From the NCBI GenBank assembly GCA_043743335.1, contig JAYTWR010000083.1, positions 29,371 to 93,370 of the forward strand: a stretch of DNA of 64,000 nucleotides, read 5' to 3'. Under the pieces are notes generated by a model. That model saw only the letters and a program-made list of their open reading frames with translations, was not told the DNA's origin and searched no databases. Each line of letters starts with the position of its first letter. Within the stretch, counting starts at the first letter, position 1. Positions 57,681 through 64,000 of the stretch are shown in pieces. The DNA is from Burkholderiales bacterium. GTDB lineage: Bacteria > Pseudomonadota > Gammaproteobacteria > Burkholderiales > SG8-41. A program made the position numbers and the translations under genes.

Positions 57681-58997
57681 TTACCGTTTGCCGCCTACGC
57701 TACCGATGGCACGAAACCCAATATCGCGCCGCAGTTGCATGCCTTCAAAGCGGATTTGCGCAGCGATTTCGTAGGCGCGTTTTTGCGCGGTGCGCACGTT
57801 GTGGCCGAGCGCGGTGACGCACAGCACGCGACCACCGCTGGTAATGACCTCGTCGCCCTGCGTCGCCGTGCCCGCGTGGAACACGTGGTAGTCCTCGGCC
57901 TGAGTTTGAGCCTGCGCGTGTGCGCCCGGCAGGCCGCGAATGACATCGCCTTTGCGCGGGTTTTCGGGGTAGCCGCCCGCCGCCAGCACCACGCCGAGCG
58001 CTACGCGCGGGTCCCAATCGGCTTCGACTTTATCCAGCGCGCCGTCGACGGCGTGTTCAATCAGTTCCACCAGATCGCTTTTCAGCCGCATCATAATGGG
58101 CTGGGTTTCGGGGTCGCCCATGCGGCAGTTGAATTCGAGCGTGTTGATTTTGCCGTCCGGCGTAATCATCAGGCCGGCATAGAGAAAACCGGTGTACGGA
58201 ATGCCGTCTTTTTCCATGCCCACCAGCGTGGGCATGATGACTTCGCGCATCACCTTGGCGTGTATGCCGGGCGTGACCACCGGCGCGGGTGAATACGCGC
58301 CCATGCCGCCGGTGTTGGGGCCGATGTCACCGGCCTGCAAGCGCTTGTGATCCTGGCTGCTGGCGAGCGCCAGCGCGTTCTTGCCGTCGGCGAGCACAAT
58401 AAAGCTGGCTTCTTCGCCTGCAAGAAACGCCTCGATCACGACGCGGGGGCCGGCCTCACTGTAGCTCACTGCCATTTTGTTATCGACCAGCATCATGTCA
58501 ACTGCTGCGTGCGCCTCATGGAGGCTCAGGGCGACAACCACCCCTTTGCCGGCGGCCAAACCATCGGCTTTGATGACAATGGGCGCGCCCTGCCGGTCGA
58601 TATACGCGTGCGCGTCGGCGACGTTACTGAACGTGGCATAAGCGGCAGTCGGAATGCCGTGGCGCTGCATGAACGACTTGGAAAAATCTTTTGAGCTTTC
58701 GAGCTGTGCCGCGGCTTGCGTGGGGCCGAAAATACGCAGGCCTGCCGCGCGAAACGCATCCACCACCCCATCGGCAAGCGGCGCTTCCGGCCCGACGACC
58801 GTTAGTAAGATATTGTTTTTATTGACAAATTCTATAAGGTCCGTGGTGCGCGTGAGATTGACATTTTCGATGCCCGTTTCACGCGCTGTGCCGGCATTGC
58901 CCGGCGCCACATACACCTTGGAAGCGCGCGGCGATTGCAGCAAGCGCCACGCCAGTGCATGTTCGCGTCCCCCTGAACCAATCACTAAAATTTTCAT
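57681..58997 (-). CDS. purD: Phosphoribosylamine-glycine ligase
   Basis: 438 aa. MKILVIGSGGREHALAWRL and an ATP-grasp core. Confidence 0.95.
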   Translation of the reverse strand: MKILVIGSGGREHALAWRLLQSPRASKVYVAPGNAGTARETGIENVNLTRTTDLIEFVNKNNILLTVVGPEAPLADGVVDAFRAAGLRIFGPTQAAAQLESSKDFSKSFMQRHGIPTAAYATFSNVADAHAYIDRQGAPIVIKADGLAAGKGVVVALSLHEAHAAVDMMLVDNKMAVSYSEAGPRVVIEAFLAGEEASFIVLADGKNALALASSQDHKRLQAGDIGPNTGGMGAYSPAPVVTPGIHAKVMREVIMPTLVGMEKDGIPYTGFLYAGLMITPDGKINTLEFNCRMGDPETQPIMMRLKSDLVELIEHAVDGALDKVEADWDPRVALGVVLAAGGYPENPRKGDVIRGLPGAHAQAQTQAEDYHVFHAGTATQGDEVITSGGRVLCVTALGHNVRTAQKRAYEIAAQIRFEGMQLRRDIGFRAIGSVGGKR

Positions 58998-59022
58998 GCG
59001 TTGAGTTCTGCGGGTTGCGTGC

Positions 59023-60603
<1,581 letters not shown>

Positions 60604-60618
60604 ATTTTATGTGTGGCG

Positions 60619-60720
60619 GGATTGAGAATCGGGGATCGAGGATCGATGTTTGAGGAATGAGGATTGAGCCATACGAAGCCTGCGCATCGCAGGCTCAAGC
60701 CTCAAGCCTGATAACACATC
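60619..60720. repeat. Second copy of the hairpin + GGAYTGA heptad element (degenerate, 7 units)
   Basis: GGATTGA GAATCGG GGATCGA GGATCGA TGTTTGA GGAATGA GGATTGA (60619-60667). This is followed by TTGAGCC (60664-60670) / GGCTCAA (60692-60698) around an inner GCCTGCG-CAT-CGCAGGC hairpin. It is then followed by AACAC..CTA(stop of fis), collinear with 48058-48113. Confidence 0.7.
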
Positions 60721-60963
60721 CTAGAACTTGATCCCATGCGCCTTCATTTTCTTGCGCAGGGTGTTGCGGTTCAGGCCCAGCATTTCTGCCGCGTGGGTTT
60801 GATTGCCGCGCACGCGCGTGAGCACCGATTCCAGCAGCGGCTTTTCCACGCAGTTGATCACCATCTCGTACACGCCACTGGCCTTCTCGCCGTCCAAATC
60901 CTTGAAATAGCCGTCGATGGCCCGGCGCACGGTGCGGGCCATATCGTTGTCGTTCATCATCAT
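60721..60963 (-). CDS. fis: Fis-family nucleoid-associated DNA-binding protein
   Basis: 80 aa with the C-terminal HTH GNQTHAAEMLGLNRNTLRKKMKAHGI. ATGA-coupled to dusB as in the dusB-fis operon. Confidence 0.9.
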   Translation of the reverse strand: MMMNDNDMARTVRRAIDGYFKDLDGEKASGVYEMVINCVEKPLLESVLTRVRGNQTHAAEMLGLNRNTLRKKMKAHGIKF

Positions 60964-61967
60964 GCTGCAAGATCCTCACTGTAAATCAGGTGTTGGCTGC
61001 GATCCGCGAGTTCATTGAAGAAAGCGTCCACAGCGTCTAATTGTTCCCGGCAGGTTTCGAGCTGGTTCATCGCGTGGCGAAACGCCGCCGAGCCTGCCAG
61101 CCCTTTGCTGTACCAAGAGATGTGCTTGCGCGCCACGCGCACGCCGCGTTGCTCGCCGTAAAAACCATACAGATCGTGCAAATGCGCCACCAGCACGCGA
61201 TGAATTTCGCGCACTTCCGGCGGCGGCAAGTGCGTGCCGGTGTCGAGAAAATGCGTGATTTCGCGAAACATCCACGGCCGGCCCTGCGCCGCGCGACCGA
61301 TCATCACCGCATCCGCTCGCGTGTATTCGAGTACGTGCTTTACCTGCTCGGGCGTGCTGATGTCGCCATTGGCCATCACCGGTATGCCGATTTCGGCTTT
61401 CACCGCAGCGATGGTGTCGTATTCGGCCGTACCGGAGAAACCGCAGGCGCGCGTGCGTCCGTGTATCGCCAACGCCTGCACGCCGCAGCGTTCGGCAATT
61501 TTGGCCACGGTGATGGCGTTACGGTTGTCGCGATCCCAGCCGGTGCGGATTTTCAACGTCACCGGCACGTCCACCGCGCTGACCACCGCTTGCAATATGC
61601 GGCTCACCAGCGGCTCGTCTTTCAATAACGCCGAGCCCGCCATGACGTTGCACACTTTCTTCGCCGGGCAACCCATGTTGATGTCGATAATCTGCGCGCC
61701 GTTGTCGACGTTAAAGCGCGCGGCGTCGGCGAGCATTTGCGGATCAGCGCCGGCGATTTGCACGGAAATCGGATCCACTTCGCCTTCATGATCGGCGCGG
61801 CGACGCGTTTTTTCGGAGCCCCACAGCAGCGAATTGCTCGCCACCATTTCCGACACCGCCATGCCCGCGCCCATTTGTTTGCACAGTTGGCGGAACGGCC
61901 GGTCCGTCACGCCCGCCATGGGCGCCACTACCAGCTTGTTCTTCAATAGGTGCTTGCCGATTTGCAT
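60960..61967 (-). CDS. dusB: tRNA-dihydrouridine synthase B
   Basis: 335 aa. VAPMAGVTDRPFR and IDINMGCPAKKV signatures. Confidence 0.93.
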   Translation of the reverse strand: MQIGKHLLKNKLVVAPMAGVTDRPFRQLCKQMGAGMAVSEMVASNSLLWGSEKTRRRADHEGEVDPISVQIAGADPQMLADAARFNVDNGAQIIDINMGCPAKKVCNVMAGSALLKDEPLVSRILQAVVSAVDVPVTLKIRTGWDRDNRNAITVAKIAERCGVQALAIHGRTRACGFSGTAEYDTIAAVKAEIGIPVMANGDISTPEQVKHVLEYTRADAVMIGRAAQGRPWMFREITHFLDTGTHLPPPEVREIHRVLVAHLHDLYGFYGEQRGVRVARKHISWYSKGLAGSAAFRHAMNQLETCREQLDAVDAFFNELADRSQHLIYSEDLAA

Positions 61968-62248
61968 AGGTGTGCTGGTGTTGGAAAATTATGGCGCAAC
62001 GGAAAGGACGCGATTCTAATCCGGCATGCGCGCGGCGCAAAGTGAAAATTGATTATTTTTTACGCAGCAAAAAATTTGTTGGCGCGCGCGCGACAGGTGT
62101 CATTTGCGCGCAGCAAAATCCGTCGCTGCGCCATGTGCTTATCGGAAAATCTTCGCACAAAACGTGTGCAAACTGCGCTAGTGGGTTGCGCGCGCAGGAA
62201 ATTGTTCGTTGTGCTGACTTGTGCCGCGCGTAAGCACGCCGTCAGGGT

Positions 62249-63454
62249 TCAGCCACGCACGCCGAAGATCATGCGGCGTGCAACAAAATCACGCAGCGGA
62301 GCGATGCTGCCCAGCGCGGTCATGCCGATGCCGCGCGCCGCCTGTAGCGGCAAAAAATCGTTTGAAAACAAACGCACCAGCGAGTGCGTGGCCGCCACCG
62401 TAGCGGTGCGGTCGATGCGCCGTTGCGCACGAAAGTTGCGCAAGGCGTCGTGGTGAGCGATGGCTTGCACTTCGGTGGCGCACAAAATTTGGGTGAGCGT
62501 TTGCGCCAGCGCCCACGCGTCGCGCAAACCCAAATTGAAACCCTGCCCCGCGACCGGATGCAAGGTCTGCGCCGCGTTGCCGATGGTCTCTACGCCCGGC
62601 ACGCTGGCCGCGTTGGCAGCATTGGCATAGCGCAAACTCAGCGGATAACACACGCGCTGCGACACGTGCGTGAAGTCGCCCAGCCGCGTGCCGAACGCCT
62701 CGCGCAAGGCGGCGAGAAAGGTTGCGGCATCAGCGCATTGCAGCACTTCTGCGCGCGCCGGCGGCAATGTCCACACCAACGCCATTTCATCGCCGAACGG
62801 CAGCAGCGCCAACGGGCCGTCTTGGGTGAACCGCTCGTAGGCAACCTGCTGGTGGGGTGACGTAGTGGTCACGCGCGCGGTGAGCGCGTGCTGGTTGTAG
62901 TCGATAAACTTGGGTGGCGCCAAGCCGTCGATGTCGCCGCCGTCAGCAACCACGGCCAAGTGCGTGGTGAGCGATGTGGTTTGATCGCCGTGGGCGTAAT
63001 CGACGCGCTGGACGTTGCCGTTTCGATGCAGCGCGGTGACGCGGGCACCCCAGTGATAGGGGATTACGCTTTCCGCCGGACGCTGCATCGGCTGCGAGAG
63101 AGATTCGAAAAGTTCATTGTAATCAATGACATAGCCCAAGGCTGGCACGCCGGATTCAGCGGCGCTGATGGCCACACGGCCAAAGCCACCGCGTTGCGAG
63201 ATGTGAATGTTGTTAATCGGTGTGGGGCGCAATGCCCGCCACACGCCCAGCCGCTCCAGTAGCAAACGGCTGCCGTGCGACAACGCTATCGGACGCGGAT
63301 CGCCAGTCGATGCGCGGCGCGCTTCGAGTACGGTTAAGCGCAGATTGGCATTGCGGGCGCGCAGCGCCAAGGCAAACGCAGCACCCACCGGCCCACCGCC
63401 GATGATGGCGATGTCGGTATCGGTATCGGTGGGTGCTGCGCTCATGGCCATCAT
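62249..63454 (-). CDS. ubiH: FAD-dependent ubiquinone-biosynthesis hydroxylase (UbiH/UbiF/VisC/COQ6 family)
   Basis: 401 aa. DIAIIGGGPVGAAFALAL, GNAAQTLHPVAGQGFNLGLRD. The position next to pepP mirrors pepP-ubiH synteny. The exact paralogue is uncertain. Confidence 0.75.
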   Translation of the reverse strand: MMAMSAAPTDTDTDIAIIGGGPVGAAFALALRARNANLRLTVLEARRASTGDPRPIALSHGSRLLLERLGVWRALRPTPINNIHISQRGGFGRVAISAAESGVPALGYVIDYNELFESLSQPMQRPAESVIPYHWGARVTALHRNGNVQRVDYAHGDQTTSLTTHLAVVADGGDIDGLAPPKFIDYNQHALTARVTTTSPHQQVAYERFTQDGPLALLPFGDEMALVWTLPPARAEVLQCADAATFLAALREAFGTRLGDFTHVSQRVCYPLSLRYANAANAASVPGVETIGNAAQTLHPVAGQGFNLGLRDAWALAQTLTQILCATEVQAIAHHDALRNFRAQRRIDRTATVAATHSLVRLFSNDFLPLQAARGIGMTALGSIAPLRDFVARRMIFGVRG

Positions 63455-63462
63455 TATGCTGC

Positions 63463-64000
63463 TCAGCGCGAGGCCATCAAGGCCTCAATATCCTTCACCG
63501 TTTTGGGTGCGGCGCTGGTGAGGATTTCACAGCCGCCGTCTGTCACCACCACATCGTCTTCAATGCGCACGCCGATGTTGACGAACTCGGCCGGCACGCC
63601 TGCCGCCGGACGGATATAACACCCCGGCTCGACGGTCAGCACCATGCCCGGCTGTAACACGCGCCATTGCCCGTCGCGCTTGTAGTCACCGGCGTCGTGT
63701 ACATCCAGCCCTAGCCAGTGACCGGTGCGGTGCATATAAAACTGGCGATAGGTTTCTTTTTCCAGCACTTCCTGCAAACTGCCGCTGAGTAATTTTAAGT
63801 CGATAAAACCCTGCGCCAGCACTTTCACCGCCGCATCGTGCGGCGCATTCCAAGTCGCGCCCGCTTTAACTGCCGCGATGGCGGCGGCCTGCGATGCCAA
63901 CACCAGTTCATACACTGCTTTTTGCGGTCCGCTGAACCGGCCATTCACCGGAAAGGTGCGCGTGATGTCCGAGGCGTAACCATCGAGCTCGCAACCGGCG
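63463..64000 (-). CDS. pepP: Xaa-Pro aminopeptidase, C-terminal portion (5' end outside window)
   Basis: HRTGHWLGLDVHD, VLTVEPG, VRIEDDVVVT metal-ligand motifs. The frame stays open to the window edge (..GCELDGYASDITRTFPVNGRF). Confidence 0.9.
   Translation of the reverse strand, partial: AGCELDGYASDITRTFPVNGRFSGPQKAVYELVLASQAAAIAAVKAGATWNAPHDAAVKVLAQGFIDLKLLSGSLQEVLEKETYRQFYMHRTGHWLGLDVHDAGDYKRDGQWRVLQPGMVLTVEPGCYIRPAAGVPAEFVNIGVRIEDDVVVTDGGCEILTSAAPKTVKDIEALMASR

Noticed and set aside
61968-62248. The dusB upstream / ubiH downstream spacer has several GCGCAGCAAAA-like and TTGCGCGC motifs and short inverted repeats. It was considered as Fis autoregulatory sites or a small RNA.
   Set aside because: The motifs are short and degenerate. 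Fis sites cannot be called reliably by eye, and I found no convincing promoter-terminator pair. Left unannotated.

Overview
High-GC proteobacterial chromosome segment; gene order and protein sequences look beta-proteobacterial, which is an inference. It covers the replication-origin neighbourhood. gyrB-dnaN-dnaA (minus strand) diverge from rpmH-rnpA-yidC-mnmE-mnmG-rsmG-parA-parB-atpIBEFHAGDC-glpD-glmU-glmS (plus strand). This core carries three perfect DnaA boxes, an AT-rich dnaA-dnaN spacer and two parS sites. Left of the origin block: the 3' part of a TonB-dependent receptor gene, a small toxin-antitoxin-like islet (truncated PIN gene plus a DUF4160/DUF2442 pair), and msbA followed by a tightly coupled 10-gene envelope-glycan modification operon. 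That operon encodes an LbH acetyltransferase, a polyprenyl-phosphate GT2, GtrA, FdtA/QdtA-like isomerase, GNAT, DegT-type aminotransferase, MBOAT, two tandem DltD-like paralogues and an ArnT-like GT-C. Right of glmS: an almost entirely minus-strand housekeeping block (two dsbA paralogues, SPOR protein, argS, cytochrome P460-like lipoprotein, priA, hemE, gltD, gltB, hemF, purD, purH, fis, dusB, ubiH-like, pepP). The one clear accessory insertion is a ~2.4 kb islet between gltB and hemF, bounded by two transposase scars. It holds what reads as a complete retron: promoter, 17-nt a2/a1 inverted repeats, branch-G context, msd-type hairpin and a retron-type RT. The RT has an unexplained ~100 aa N-terminal extension and no separate effector gene. 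A second unexplained signal is an intergenic element family (hairpin plus GGAYTGA heptad array), seen twice and expanded to 18 copies upstream of hemE. No rRNA, tRNA or CRISPR array was seen.
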